From IMG/VR virus record IMGVR_UViG_3300009285_007005: a stretch of 64,000 bases of DNA, one strand, 5' to 3'. The notes beneath the pieces were generated by a model that was not told the origin of the DNA, did no database searches, and saw only the letters and a list, made by a program, of their open reading frames with translations. The stretch is from an uncultured virus (IMG/VR IMGVR_UViG_3300009285_007005) (Duplodnaviria; Heunggongvirae; Uroviricota; Caudoviricetes). Below are positions 28,873-37,901 of the stretch, piece after piece; position 1 is the stretch's first letter, and each line of letters begins with the position of its first letter. A program made the translations under genes and the position numbers.

Positions 28873-29382
28873 ATGGACCTTGAAGCACGTTTTCACGAAT
28901 TCCTCGAAAAGTACATCGAAGAAAAAACCCAGACAAGAATGCGTTTGGAGCAGGGCGAGGGGATCATGGAAGCCCTGCGGGTGACGGACGAAAAAGTCAC
29001 CGAGGCCATCGCCAGACTTACGGAAACCGTGATGAATATGCGTTTTGTTTGCGCGCAAAACCATCCCGACGAGAACACGGAAAGGCGAAGAAATCGGTTG
29101 GTTTCCCCGCAAACTATGGGGGAGTGGATTCGATCTATCAGTGTGCTCGTCGCCATTGTAATCGGCATTCTCGGCGGGGCGATCTCGGGGATCAAGGCGC
29201 TTGTTTCGCCGAGTCCGTCCGGCTCCCTGGTGACGACAACCGAGGCCGAGAAGACCGCCGCAGCCCTGGAAAGGCTCGGAGTCGCCTTTGCGAAACTCGA
29301 AAAAGAGGTTGACGGAACCCGATGCATCGTCCTGCCCGCCGGTGAAGCCCCGCTGAAGGGCGATGCCGGGAGCAATCCATAG
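28873..29382 (+). CDS. Coiled-coil protein with a single membrane helix
   Basis: GGAGAGG RBS; 'ISVLVAIVIGILGGAISGI'. Confidence 0.55.
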   Translation: MDLEARFHEFLEKYIEEKTQTRMRLEQGEGIMEALRVTDEKVTEAIARLTETVMNMRFVCAQNHPDENTERRRNRLVSPQTMGEWIRSISVLVAIVIGILGGAISGIKALVSPSPSGSLVTTTEAEKTAAALERLGVAFAKLEKEVDGTRCIVLPAGEAPLKGDAGSNP

Positions 29383-29539
29383 TGCGCTGACAGTGGCCGA
29401 AGATGATGAAATGCTTGACTGACAAAATCCCAAAAAACTCCGCGCCCAGGACTTCCGTTTGCGTAAGCGGCGGACGGTTTCCATCAAGCAGCCGCATCGA
29501 GTCCTGGACGCGGATTCATTTCGGAAGGGGAAAATCATC

Positions 29540-30178
29540 ATGAATCAATGCCCGATCTGCGGCTTTAAAGGAAAATTCAACGATTTTCGCGGTCGGGTCG
29601 AAGCCCGCTGCCCCAAATGCGGCTCCCTTGAGCGCCACCGTTGCCAGTGGATTGCTTTTCAAAAGGAGGTGAAGCCCAAACTTCCACCCTTTCCGACGAT
29701 TCTTCACACCGCTCCGGAACCGTGCATCGCCGGTCGTCTTCAAGCATTGACTCATCCCGGCCGATATCTCGGGGTTGACATCGCTCCACGAAAGGACTGC
29801 ATTGAAGCGGATCTTCGCAGACTTCCTTTCGGGCAACATTTTGTCGATTTCGTCTGGAGCAGCCACGTCCTCGAACACATCGAGGATGCCGCTGCGGCGA
29901 TTCATGAAATCGTCCGCGTGATGAAGCCGGGAGCCTTGGCCCTTCTGGACGTGCCGGTCTGCTGCCACGTCAAGGAAGTCGAGAAGTACCGGAAAGTGAC
30001 GGCGGTGAAAAATACCGGGCCGGACGCTCAGGGGCATTGGTGGAAACCGGGCCTGGATTGGTTCCACCGGTACAAGTCGGCGGGACTCGTCATCGAAAAG
30101 CATTTCAGCCCCGGCGATTTTGACGCCGGAATCCGTCCTCCCGCCACAATGGACCTCATTCTCGCGCGGAAACCCTGA
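29540..30178 (+). CDS. Class I SAM methyltransferase with N-terminal Zn ribbon
   Basis: 'CPICG...CPKCGSLERHR', 'ILHTAPEP', 'SHVLEHI...EIVRVMKPG'. Confidence 0.88.
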   Translation: MNQCPICGFKGKFNDFRGRVEARCPKCGSLERHRCQWIAFQKEVKPKLPPFPTILHTAPEPCIAGRLQALTHPGRYLGVDIAPRKDCIEADLRRLPFGQHFVDFVWSSHVLEHIEDAAAAIHEIVRVMKPGALALLDVPVCCHVKEVEKYRKVTAVKNTGPDAQGHWWKPGLDWFHRYKSAGLVIEKHFSPGDFDAGIRPPATMDLILARKP

Positions 30179-30180
30179 CG

Positions 30181-31704
30181 ATGAAAAAAGACGCCGTTTT
30201 CTTTTCCAACGGGATCGGCAACTTCATCCTTGCGACGCCGCTGATCCGGCAACTCGATAACCCCGAAATCGTGATCCCGGCGGATGATGCGCGGGCCGCG
30301 GCCGTCGAAAGCCTCTCCTTGTGGCCGGTGCGTCGCGTAAGCCGGTCCGAGATAGCCGCATGCGCCGGCCAATACGGCCGGTGTCTCGTTCTCTGGTGTT
30401 TTCCGCAGGAATGGGCGCCGCAAGGACCGAACGTCATCCTGCAGCCATCTCCGGATTGGAGCAAGAGCGCCCACGAGACCGAAACCTACCTGAGTCTTTT
30501 GCCGGGAGCAAAGCCGGAAAAGACGGCCATCAAAACACGGCGCTCCTGGGATTTGCACCTCGGATCGCATCAACGCCTGGTTGCGATCTGCGACGGCGCC
30601 AATTCGCGGGCTCGCTGGAGGAATAAACGGCTGCCGGCAAGGGTTGTGGCGCGCCTCGCCCGCGAGCTTCTCGAAGCCTATCCCGATCTCCAATTCGTTT
30701 ACCTCGGAGACGAATCGGAAAAGATCATCGGCGATTCCGTCAAAATGCTGATCGGGAACCGCTGTTGGAACTTCGCCGGGCTGCTTTCCTTCGCCGAATC
30801 CTGCGGCCTTCTCGCTCAGTCGGATATGGTCATCACGAACGATACGGGGCTTATGCACGCCGCGGACGCGCTCGACCGGCCGATCGTGGCGATATGGTTT
30901 TGGACAAGCTGGGCAAAAAACCATCCCTGGAACGCAAAGGAGATTCGAGCGGTTAAGAGCCCCGGCGGCGGCTGTCCTCATTTCCCCTGCTTCGGCAAGC
31001 CGGAAATGTGGTCCTGCAATAATCCGGTCTGCACGTCCATTCCCTTCACCTGGATTTTTGAAGCCGCGCGGGAACTCGTCGTCGAAGCCTTCGCGGAAAA
31101 ACACGAATCCCCAAAGCCCCGAAAAATCCAGCCGAAGGAAATTCAAAAAGCCGTGGAGGATTACGGGGTCAACCACTGGCTGAAAAATCACGTATATCGA
31201 AACCTCCACACGAAGCCCTGGCACGCTTCCAGAATCAAGACGGTCTGCGAGAACATCCGCGGGAATTCCATTCTCGACGTGGCGTGTGCGACGGGCGAGC
31301 TGACGGCCGAGATCAAAAAAGCCGCAAACCCGGCGCGCATCGTCGCTTACGAGGGCTGCGGGGCCGTCCTGGAACAAGGGCGGGCGTGGCATCCCGACAT
31401 CGAATGGGTGCAAGGCCTGGTCGAGGATCTTCCAAAGCCGTTCCCGAAAAAGTCCTTTGACTCCATTCACGCCGGAGAAATCCTGGAGCACGTCACGGAC
31501 CCCAAGGGATTCATCAAGCGCCTCTCCGGGTTGACGCGGAACCAGCTTGTTCTCACGACCCCGAAAGATGTGGTGGTGGACCCGGGGCACGTTGCGATCT
31601 TCACCGAAGCCGCGCTCAAGGAACTTCTGGAAGTGCGTTTTCGGCAGGTGCGGATATTGGAATCCGAGCGTTCTTTCGTTGCCGTTGCGGAAAGGCCGCG
31701 ATAA
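30181..31704 (+). CDS. GT9 (heptosyltransferase-like) glycosyltransferase fused to a SAM methyltransferase
   Basis: 'GIGNFILATP', 'ITNDTGLMHAADAL'; C-terminal 'ILDVACATG', 'GEILEHV'. Confidence 0.88.
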   Translation: MKKDAVFFSNGIGNFILATPLIRQLDNPEIVIPADDARAAAVESLSLWPVRRVSRSEIAACAGQYGRCLVLWCFPQEWAPQGPNVILQPSPDWSKSAHETETYLSLLPGAKPEKTAIKTRRSWDLHLGSHQRLVAICDGANSRARWRNKRLPARVVARLARELLEAYPDLQFVYLGDESEKIIGDSVKMLIGNRCWNFAGLLSFAESCGLLAQSDMVITNDTGLMHAADALDRPIVAIWFWTSWAKNHPWNAKEIRAVKSPGGGCPHFPCFGKPEMWSCNNPVCTSIPFTWIFEAARELVVEAFAEKHESPKPRKIQPKEIQKAVEDYGVNHWLKNHVYRNLHTKPWHASRIKTVCENIRGNSILDVACATGELTAEIKKAANPARIVAYEGCGAVLEQGRAWHPDIEWVQGLVEDLPKPFPKKSFDSIHAGEILEHVTDPKGFIKRLSGLTRNQLVLTTPKDVVVDPGHVAIFTEAALKELLEVRFRQVRILESERSFVAVAERPR

Positions 31705-32423
31705 TGGACCCGCGCGACATTCCCCGCGTCTATCTCACGATGGCCTGCAACTTCCAGTGCGCTTACTGCCCGCAGATCCGTCCGCCGAAAAACAGGGCGT
31801 CGATCCCGGCCGGAGAGTGGATCGAAATCCTCAATTCGTGGTCCGGCGACGCGGTGATTCTCGCCGGCGGGGAGCCGACCATCCGGCTGGACTTCGCGGA
31901 GATCGTCAACGGCCTGCGGCACAAAGAGGTCAGACTTTACAGCAACCTCTCTTTCTCCGTTTCGCTCCTAGACCGGATTAAGCGCCCCTTGGCCTTTTAC
32001 GCCTCTTTTCATCCATCGGGGAAAGTGGATGCTTCAAGGGCCGCATCCCTTTTGCTGGCGGCGCTTGCCAAAAAGCACCGGCTCATCAATGTGCATATAA
32101 ATCGCGCCGCTGGCGATCCGGCTACTTATATCAGGATTTTCAGACGCCAGGGCTTCGACTTGAAAATCGAAGACGATCTTTTTAAGCATCCGAATCTGGC
32201 CGCGATGAGGAAATTTCCTCTGGGAAAGGTCGTCTGTTCTCTCCGGCGCACTTATCTGGGGCCGGACGGAAAGCGATATATCTGCGTCCGCAAGCTCGAA
32301 GAAGCGGACCCGACCGGCATCGTCGATCATCGGAATCCCGTTGCGGTTCTTCCGTGTGATAGGTACGGCGAATGCAGTCCGTGCGACTGTCCCCACCGAA
32401 CCGTCGCGAGTGGAAAGCCATGA
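31704..32423 (+). CDS. Radical SAM protein with Cys-rich C-terminus
   Basis: 'CNFQCAYC', 'GGEPT', 'LGPDGKRYIC', 'CSPCDC'. Confidence 0.88.
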   Translation: MDPRDIPRVYLTMACNFQCAYCPQIRPPKNRASIPAGEWIEILNSWSGDAVILAGGEPTIRLDFAEIVNGLRHKEVRLYSNLSFSVSLLDRIKRPLAFYASFHPSGKVDASRAASLLLAALAKKHRLINVHINRAAGDPATYIRIFRRQGFDLKIEDDLFKHPNLAAMRKFPLGKVVCSLRRTYLGPDGKRYICVRKLEEADPTGIVDHRNPVAVLPCDRYGECSPCDCPHRTVASGKP

Positions 32424-33484
32424 AGCCGGAAATCAGGATTTTATGGGTGACGGATATCCGATTTGACCGCGCGAAAGGCGATTGGTCCCAGACGATTTAC
32501 AACCTCCGGGCCATCGCCTCCCAGGAAATCGTGGTTGACGTGATGCATCCTCCCGGCGACGCCAAGCAGCAGGCGAACTTCGAAGTTTCCATCCCCGGCG
32601 TCGCCTATCACCGGAATACGAACGTCGGAAGAGCGGCCGAACTTCTTTGGAGGAGCGGGAAATATGCGGCGGCGATCGCGCGCGGCCCCGTCATCGCTCT
32701 CGACCTCGCAAGGTTTGTGCCGAAAAACCGCCTGATCGCTTATATCTATGGAAATTATTTTTCCGCGCCTGACCGGACGCTCAATCTGGTTTGGAAGTCC
32801 TGCGGCCAAATCATCGTCCAGGGAGAAGGACAATTGGCTTACATTAAAGCCAAGGGGCTTCCGATGGATCATGTCGTTGCCATCCCCAGCGTGATCGATG
32901 CCCAAAGATTTCTATCGGAAGTGCCCGTTGTCGGCGCAATCGGGTCTCTTTATACCTTCCAGTGCGTGGACCTTTGCATTGATGTCGTCAACAATATTCG
33001 AAAGAACATTCCGAACTGCCGGCTCATGGTCATCGGGAACGAAATGACCCAACCGCCTTCGGCATGGGAAGATAATCTTCTTCGTTGTATTCGAGGGACT
33101 CCCTGGATTGACTGGATTCCGGTTATCACTCACGAGGCTTTGCCGCTCGTTTATCATGAAATGAATCTGCTGCTTTCTCTTTTTGATCCGAACAGGGATC
33201 TCAACCGACCTTATTGCGCACATCTGCTCAAAACCAAGGTTCTGGAAGCTATGGCGGCCGGCGTTCCCGTCGTGGCGAACCGCTCATGGGGGAATCGTCA
33301 TCTACTTGGGGAAAATTACGAATATTTTGCGGATACTGTGGAAGAAGCGGTCCCGATCACGGTTCAAATTCTGAAAAATGCCTCGCTTCAGGAAAAAATA
33401 GGGAAAGAATTGATTGCTAGAGCCGCAGGTTTTGATCTTCCCGTCATCGGCAAAATGTATGCTGGGCTTTTTAGGAAAATTTAA
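32420..33484 (+). CDS. GT4-family glycosyltransferase
   Basis: 'TKVLEAMAAGVPVVAN'. Confidence 0.85.
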   Translation: MKPEIRILWVTDIRFDRAKGDWSQTIYNLRAIASQEIVVDVMHPPGDAKQQANFEVSIPGVAYHRNTNVGRAAELLWRSGKYAAAIARGPVIALDLARFVPKNRLIAYIYGNYFSAPDRTLNLVWKSCGQIIVQGEGQLAYIKAKGLPMDHVVAIPSVIDAQRFLSEVPVVGAIGSLYTFQCVDLCIDVVNNIRKNIPNCRLMVIGNEMTQPPSAWEDNLLRCIRGTPWIDWIPVITHEALPLVYHEMNLLLSLFDPNRDLNRPYCAHLLKTKVLEAMAAGVPVVANRSWGNRHLLGENYEYFADTVEEAVPITVQILKNASLQEKIGKELIARAAGFDLPVIGKMYAGLFRKI

Positions 33485-33524
33485 TGGCAAATGTTTGCAG
33501 AAACCCGTTCCAAGGAGGAATCAA

Positions 33525-34643
33525 ATGAATGACGACAAATTGATCTTCGACGCTCCGGACATCCCTGAAGCGGATGCCAAGGGGCAGGCGGAAATCGCCG
33601 ATACGTTCACCGCTGCCGAGAAGGTTGCGTTCATCGGCGCCGGGGCGGGAGGGTGCCGGGTCGCGGATGCGTTCTGGAAACTCGGATACCGGCGCGTCCT
33701 GGCCTTGAACACGACCGATCAGGACATGGCGCAACTGGCTTGCCCGAATCGTTTGATTATCGGGGCCGCTTCGGGCGCCGGAAAAGACCCAGCCAAGGGT
33801 AAACTGGCGGTTGAAGCCGAGATGGGAACGGTGGTTGACAAGATGCGTGAGGTCTTCGGTCCCGCGAAGCGGATTCTGATCTGCTGCGGGGGAGGCGGGG
33901 GCACCGGCACCGGGGCCGCGATTCCGCTGATTGAAGCGGCCAAGCGGTATGCCGACGCGACTGGCATGGAGAAAAAGATCGGCCTGATTGTCACGGTTCC
34001 CAAACGCACCGAAAGCGCCAAGGTGCAGGGCAACGCCTATCATCTGCTGGCCGAACTGTTCAGCCTGGTTGACGCCGGTTCGATCTCGCCCCTGATTCTG
34101 ATCGACAACGATACCGTGATCGGGCAATTTCCCAAGCTTTCAGCAGGCCCCGCCTATTGGGCCACGATCAACGATTACGTGGCCAGACTGTACCACGCCT
34201 TCAATCTTCTGGCCGGCCGCGAATCCGATATGGAGGTCTTCGATCCGCAGGAGTACAGGTCCGTCCTCGAATCCGGCTTCGTGGTCTTCGGGGCGGCAAG
34301 AATCGACGCTATGGACCGATCCTCAATCAGCGAAAGTATGCGCAAGGCGCTCCAAGCCAATTTCCTTTCCGAAGGCGTTGACTTCGGGACGGCCAAGTTC
34401 GCCGCGGCCTTGGCGGTGGCAAACGCTGAAACCCTGGATAAGATCCCGCGCGACGACATCGACCACGCGATCTCCATGCTGGCTCAATTCCTGAAGGTGG
34501 AAACGGTCTGCCTTGGGATTTACGAGGGCAACAACCCCGACCTACGGCTTTATACCATCGTGGGCGGACTGGAAGCCCCGCACGCACGGCTGGCTGACCT
34601 CCAAAAGCGCGGGATGATCGAAGAGAACGGCAAAGAAGGCTGA
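33525..34643 (+). CDS. FtsZ/tubulin-superfamily GTPase (TubZ/CetZ/PhuZ-like, not canonical FtsZ)
   Basis: 'FIGAGAGGCRVAD', 'ALNTT', 'GAGKDPAKG', 'GGGGGTGTG', 'ILIDND', T7-loop-like 'VFDPQEY'; AAGGAGG RBS. Confidence 0.9.
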   Translation: MNDDKLIFDAPDIPEADAKGQAEIADTFTAAEKVAFIGAGAGGCRVADAFWKLGYRRVLALNTTDQDMAQLACPNRLIIGAASGAGKDPAKGKLAVEAEMGTVVDKMREVFGPAKRILICCGGGGGTGTGAAIPLIEAAKRYADATGMEKKIGLIVTVPKRTESAKVQGNAYHLLAELFSLVDAGSISPLILIDNDTVIGQFPKLSAGPAYWATINDYVARLYHAFNLLAGRESDMEVFDPQEYRSVLESGFVVFGAARIDAMDRSSISESMRKALQANFLSEGVDFGTAKFAAALAVANAETLDKIPRDDIDHAISMLAQFLKVETVCLGIYEGNNPDLRLYTIVGGLEAPHARLADLQKRGMIEENGKEG

Positions 34644-34645
34644 GA

Positions 34646-35425
34646 ATGACCGCCGTCAAGATTTTCGTCTCCGTCCGCGACCGCTACCGTCAGACCGTGG
34701 CTTGCGTCGATTCGCTCAGTGCGACGACGGCGGGAAAGGCTGATATCTGCATTTACGACAACGGTTCGGAAGCGGAATTCGAGCCGCTGCAAAAGGCTTA
34801 TCGGGGCTGGCTTGCAAGTTGGAAGGTTTCGCAAGTCGTCTTGAATCGGCCGGACCTGCTATCGGGAGTCTACTGGTCCAAGAATTTCGCTTGGGCGCAG
34901 TTCCTCGCCATGATGGAACTCCTGCCGCCCTCGGAACGGGAATACCTCGTCATGGCCGACAACGATATCGTGGCAAAGCCCGGATGGCTGGAAGCATCCC
35001 TTAAAATCCTGGGCAAAGCCGAAAGCGATATCGCGGTGGTGAGTCCCTACGACGGGCCGCCCGACCCCAAGAGCAATCCGGAAATCTTCCATGTTCTCGA
35101 AGAAGCCGTTATTCAGGGACATAGGATTGAAATCCGCGACGCCTGCTGCTCCCGCCTCTGGGTTGCGCCCTACCGCTTCTGGCGGCGCTGGCCTCCTCCG
35201 ACTCACGAGCGGATTGAGCGGGATGGAAAACCCGACCGGATGCCGACCGACTGGTACTACTGGACGAAGATGCGGGAGGCGCGGCTGCGCTTCGCCGTCC
35301 TGACGCCTCCGCTTGCTCACAATCCGCAGCATTCGTGGTCTTCCGCCCGAATGGGCAACGGCATCGGAGCCGATTGCAAGGGGGAAAAGTCAACTTCTCC
35401 CAGCTTAAAGCCTGGGAGTTTGTAA
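34646..35425 (+). CDS. GT2-family glycosyltransferase
   Basis: 'ICIYDNGS', DxD 'ADND', 'PGWLE'. Confidence 0.82.
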   Translation: MTAVKIFVSVRDRYRQTVACVDSLSATTAGKADICIYDNGSEAEFEPLQKAYRGWLASWKVSQVVLNRPDLLSGVYWSKNFAWAQFLAMMELLPPSEREYLVMADNDIVAKPGWLEASLKILGKAESDIAVVSPYDGPPDPKSNPEIFHVLEEAVIQGHRIEIRDACCSRLWVAPYRFWRRWPPPTHERIERDGKPDRMPTDWYYWTKMREARLRFAVLTPPLAHNPQHSWSSARMGNGIGADCKGEKSTSPSLKPGSL

Positions 35426-35481
35426 CTGAGGGGTGCTCGATTGCACAGTGCTCGCTACTATAAGCCGTCGGTGAAAACTCA

Positions 35482-36594
35482 ATGAAAGTTCTGACGTTCC
35501 TGGAAAAGCCTGATCCGAAGGGAAAGCTGGTCGGAATTTCCGTCAACGGTCTCAGGATGGGCGGCTGCTCTTTCGTATTCCCCGACGGCATGGTCGATCA
35601 TCTGAAAAAGACCAAATACGCCTCTTACATCGCCAAATGCGAGGACCTGGTTGCGAAACCGTACAATGGCGAGCCGCTTCACGGAAAAACGATCCTCATG
35701 GTTCGCGCCGGCGGCTACGGCGACCTGCTCTTCCTAACGCCGTTGATTCGGAAGCTGAAACGGCTCTATCCGTCCTGCCGGATCGCCTTTGCGACGATGG
35801 GCGACAACACAATGGTTTTTTCCGGAAATCCGGATATCCTGAGATATTATTCCTATCCGATCCCTCTCCCGGCTTTTGAATCGGCTGATTTCCACATCCT
35901 CTTCGAAAATACGCTGGAAATGTCGAAGGACCCCGAACTGCACGCCGTCGATCTCTTCGCCGCCCATGCGCACGTCTCGCTTAATTTCGATGAAAAGATC
36001 CCGATCTACAGCCCGAGCCCGGCGAGAGTGGAGGCGGTGAGGCTGCGGCTGATCGAAAAGGGAATCCGACCGGACGTTCCCTGGATTGCCGTTCAACCGG
36101 CGGCGTCCTCTCCGATCCGGACCTACCCGGAACACCTCATGGCGAAAGTGATCGAAAAGCTCGTCCATTGCGGGAATGCCGTTCTTGTGCTGGGGAAGAA
36201 AGGCAATTTCCCCAAAAAGGCCCGGCAGGGCGGCGTATTCGACCTCTGTGGGGCTTTTGACGGCATGGCCGACTCTGTAGCTGCTCTCGCATCCTGCCGC
36301 GCCCTGGTGGCCCCTGATTCGTCCCTGACGCACTTCGCCGCGGCGATAGGCATTCCCACGGTCGCGCTCTACGGACCCTTCCCTGGGGCCGTCAGGACGA
36401 AATACTACCCCCGCTGCGTCACCCTGGAAGCCAAGGCGGACTGTGTGCCCTGTATGCTCCATGGCCACAAGCCCTGTCCGGAAGCGCAGAAGCTCTCTCA
36501 AGTGTGGTCTCCCTGCTTCGAATCCGTCTCTCCGAAGGCGGTTGTCGAGCAGGTCATGAATTTGAGGATGCAAAATGAGCAAAAAACAGCCTGA
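35482..36594 (+). CDS. GT9 (heptosyltransferase-like) glycosyltransferase
   Basis: 'RAGGYGDLLFLTP', 'VAPDSSLTHFAAAIGIPTVALYGP'. Confidence 0.9.
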   Translation: MKVLTFLEKPDPKGKLVGISVNGLRMGGCSFVFPDGMVDHLKKTKYASYIAKCEDLVAKPYNGEPLHGKTILMVRAGGYGDLLFLTPLIRKLKRLYPSCRIAFATMGDNTMVFSGNPDILRYYSYPIPLPAFESADFHILFENTLEMSKDPELHAVDLFAAHAHVSLNFDEKIPIYSPSPARVEAVRLRLIEKGIRPDVPWIAVQPAASSPIRTYPEHLMAKVIEKLVHCGNAVLVLGKKGNFPKKARQGGVFDLCGAFDGMADSVAALASCRALVAPDSSLTHFAAAIGIPTVALYGPFPGAVRTKYYPRCVTLEAKADCVPCMLHGHKPCPEAQKLSQVWSPCFESVSPKAVVEQVMNLRMQNEQKTA

Positions 36595-36784
36595 CGATGA
36601 ATTCGACGACGCCGATATCCCGCTACAGGACTTCAGCGAGCCCGAGCAGCCGGCTCCCGGCCAAGGTGATCTTTGTACGCGCTGCCAGTCCTGCCTCCCC
36701 AAGCAGCGGTGCGCAAGGCAAGCCGAGATGCCGGACCTGTATCTGACAGAATCAGGCGAAGAGAACTGCGACCTCTTCACCTAG
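36575..36784 (+). CDS. Small acidic Cys-containing protein
   Basis: GAGG RBS; 'CTRCQSC'. Confidence 0.45.
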   Translation: MSKKQPDDEFDDADIPLQDFSEPEQPAPGQGDLCTRCQSCLPKQRCARQAEMPDLYLTESGEENCDLFT

Positions 36785-36844
36785 AAGGAAGAAAAAACCC
36801 AGCCCCTTCCCGCCGTAAGGCGTTACCCAAGACCTCTCCCATTC

Positions 36845-36872
36845 GGCCCGGATGCGTCCGGGCCTCTTTTTT
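36845..36872 (+). terminator. Rho-independent terminator ending the glycan/tubulin operon
   Basis: GGCCCGGA-TGCG-TCCGGGCC followed by TCTTTTTT. Confidence 0.8.
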
Positions 36873-36873
36873 C

Positions 36874-36902
36874 GTGTGCAGCCGGTGTGCATCGGTTGGC
36901 AC
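36874..36902. promoter_or_regulatory. Putative integrase arm-type sites
   Basis: GTGTGCA (36874), GTGTGCA (36885), TTGGCAC (36896) at 11-bp spacing, about 120 bp from the att core. Confidence 0.5.
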
Positions 36903-36921
36903 TAATTACCATCAATTACAA

Positions 36922-37161
36922 TCAATCTCTCGCAATTCCCATTGTCCAGAAGGGAGAGATGAGGCCATTGGGGCGGGATGCAACTTGGCGATATTTAAGA
37001 GATTTCCATTCAATTCCAACGGTTTGCGAAAGGGGGGACTCGAACCCACACGGGCTAAGCCCACTGGACCCTATCGCCTTGGCGAGCCGAAAAGGCTTCC
37101 CGTCAAATTTTTTCTTGACCAACTCCCGTATTCGATCAGATATGATTGGAATATCCAGCAC
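36922..37161 (-). pseudogene. N-terminal fragment of an XRE/CI-type repressor interrupted by the att core
   Basis: 'ISDRIRELVKKKFDGKPFRLAKAIG' then tRNA-derived 'SSGLSPCGFESP'; divergent from the early promoter. Confidence 0.6.
37025..37073 (-). mobile_element. att core: 3' half of tRNA-Leu(TAG)
   Basis: Minus strand TAG GG TCCAG T GGGC-TTA-GCCC GT GTGGG-TTCGAGT-CCCCC CTTTCGC A: anticodon, long variable arm, T arm and acceptor 3' strand; the 5' half is absent. Confidence 0.85.
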
Positions 37162-37194
37162 TTAAAAAATTCTTTAAAATCTTTTATTTTTTTG

Positions 37195-37223
37195 TTGACA
37201 AGGCCTCTGTTTTCTTTTACTCT
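37195..37223 (+). promoter_or_regulatory. Early rightward sigma70 promoter
   Basis: TTGACA-17 bp-TACTCT with an AT-rich upstream region. Confidence 0.7.
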
Positions 37224-37282
37224 CGCAATCGCTGAATCGGGGAAAACCCGATTTCGAGGAAATAGTGGGGCAAAATAGCAAA

Positions 37283-37534
37283 ATGCAAGAAGGAACGCAA
37301 TCCATCCAACCCCCGGATGAACTCGTTTCCCCTACCGAAGCCGCGCGGAGGCTTGGCATTACTCCGGGGACATTGGCGATCTGGGCGGATGAGGGGAAAG
37401 TTCCCTGCATCAAAACGGAAGGCGGGCATCGGCGATACCTGATTTCCGCTATCGATGCTCTCCTGAAAAAATTGTCCTGCAAACCAGAGACCGAAATCCC
37501 GGATGAGCCGAAAACTGAACCGGAGGCGACATGA
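37283..37534 (+). CDS. Excisionase-like / MerR-type HTH protein (Cro position)
   Basis: 'VSPTEAARRLGITPGTLAIWADEGKVPCIKTEGGHRRY'. Confidence 0.85.
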   Translation: MQEGTQSIQPPDELVSPTEAARRLGITPGTLAIWADEGKVPCIKTEGGHRRYLISAIDALLKKLSCKPETEIPDEPKTEPEAT

Positions 37535-37842
37535 AAACTCCGGCACGCGCCACCTCCATCCCCAAACGCGGATTCTCCGTCAAAGAATCTGCCATCTATC
37601 TCGGCGTCTCCCAGTGGACCGTCCGAAAGTTGATCGCTGCCGGACGATTGCCTCACTGTTTTGCGGGGGAGCCTTTCGATCCCTACCGGTTCACCCGCGG
37701 AAAGCGCAGCAAGGGGAAAATCGTCATCCTCAAAGAAACGCTCGATGAACTTCTCGACAATATGCACCAGTATGGCGCTCTTCCGGACCTTGAATCGCCA
37801 AATCCTTTAAAATTAGCCTCCGGCGGTCAGGCTCCGGTTTAG
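37531..37842 (+). CDS. Excisionase-like HTH_17 protein
   Basis: 'FSVKESAIYLGVSQWTVRKLIAAGRLP'. Confidence 0.8.
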   Translation: MKTPARATSIPKRGFSVKESAIYLGVSQWTVRKLIAAGRLPHCFAGEPFDPYRFTRGKRSKGKIVILKETLDELLDNMHQYGALPDLESPNPLKLASGGQAPV

Positions 37843-37901
37843 TTTCGATTTTCGTATTTCGTTTCATGCCGGCAGAATAAGCCGGCCGTGGGAGAAGGGG
37901 A

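Noticed and set aside
2443..31590. Long minus-strand ORFs (e.g. 2443-4275, 7041-8444, 18714-20231, 24111-25556, 30028-31590)
   Set aside because: Antisense shadows of GC-rich + strand genes with no recognisable motifs
33525..34643. Canonical host cell-division ftsZ
   Set aside because: No dcw neighbours, divergent T7 loop and no conserved C-terminal peptide, so no gene symbol was assigned
37025..37073. Functional tRNA-Leu gene
   Set aside because: Only the anticodon-to-3' half is present; no D arm or 5' acceptor strand
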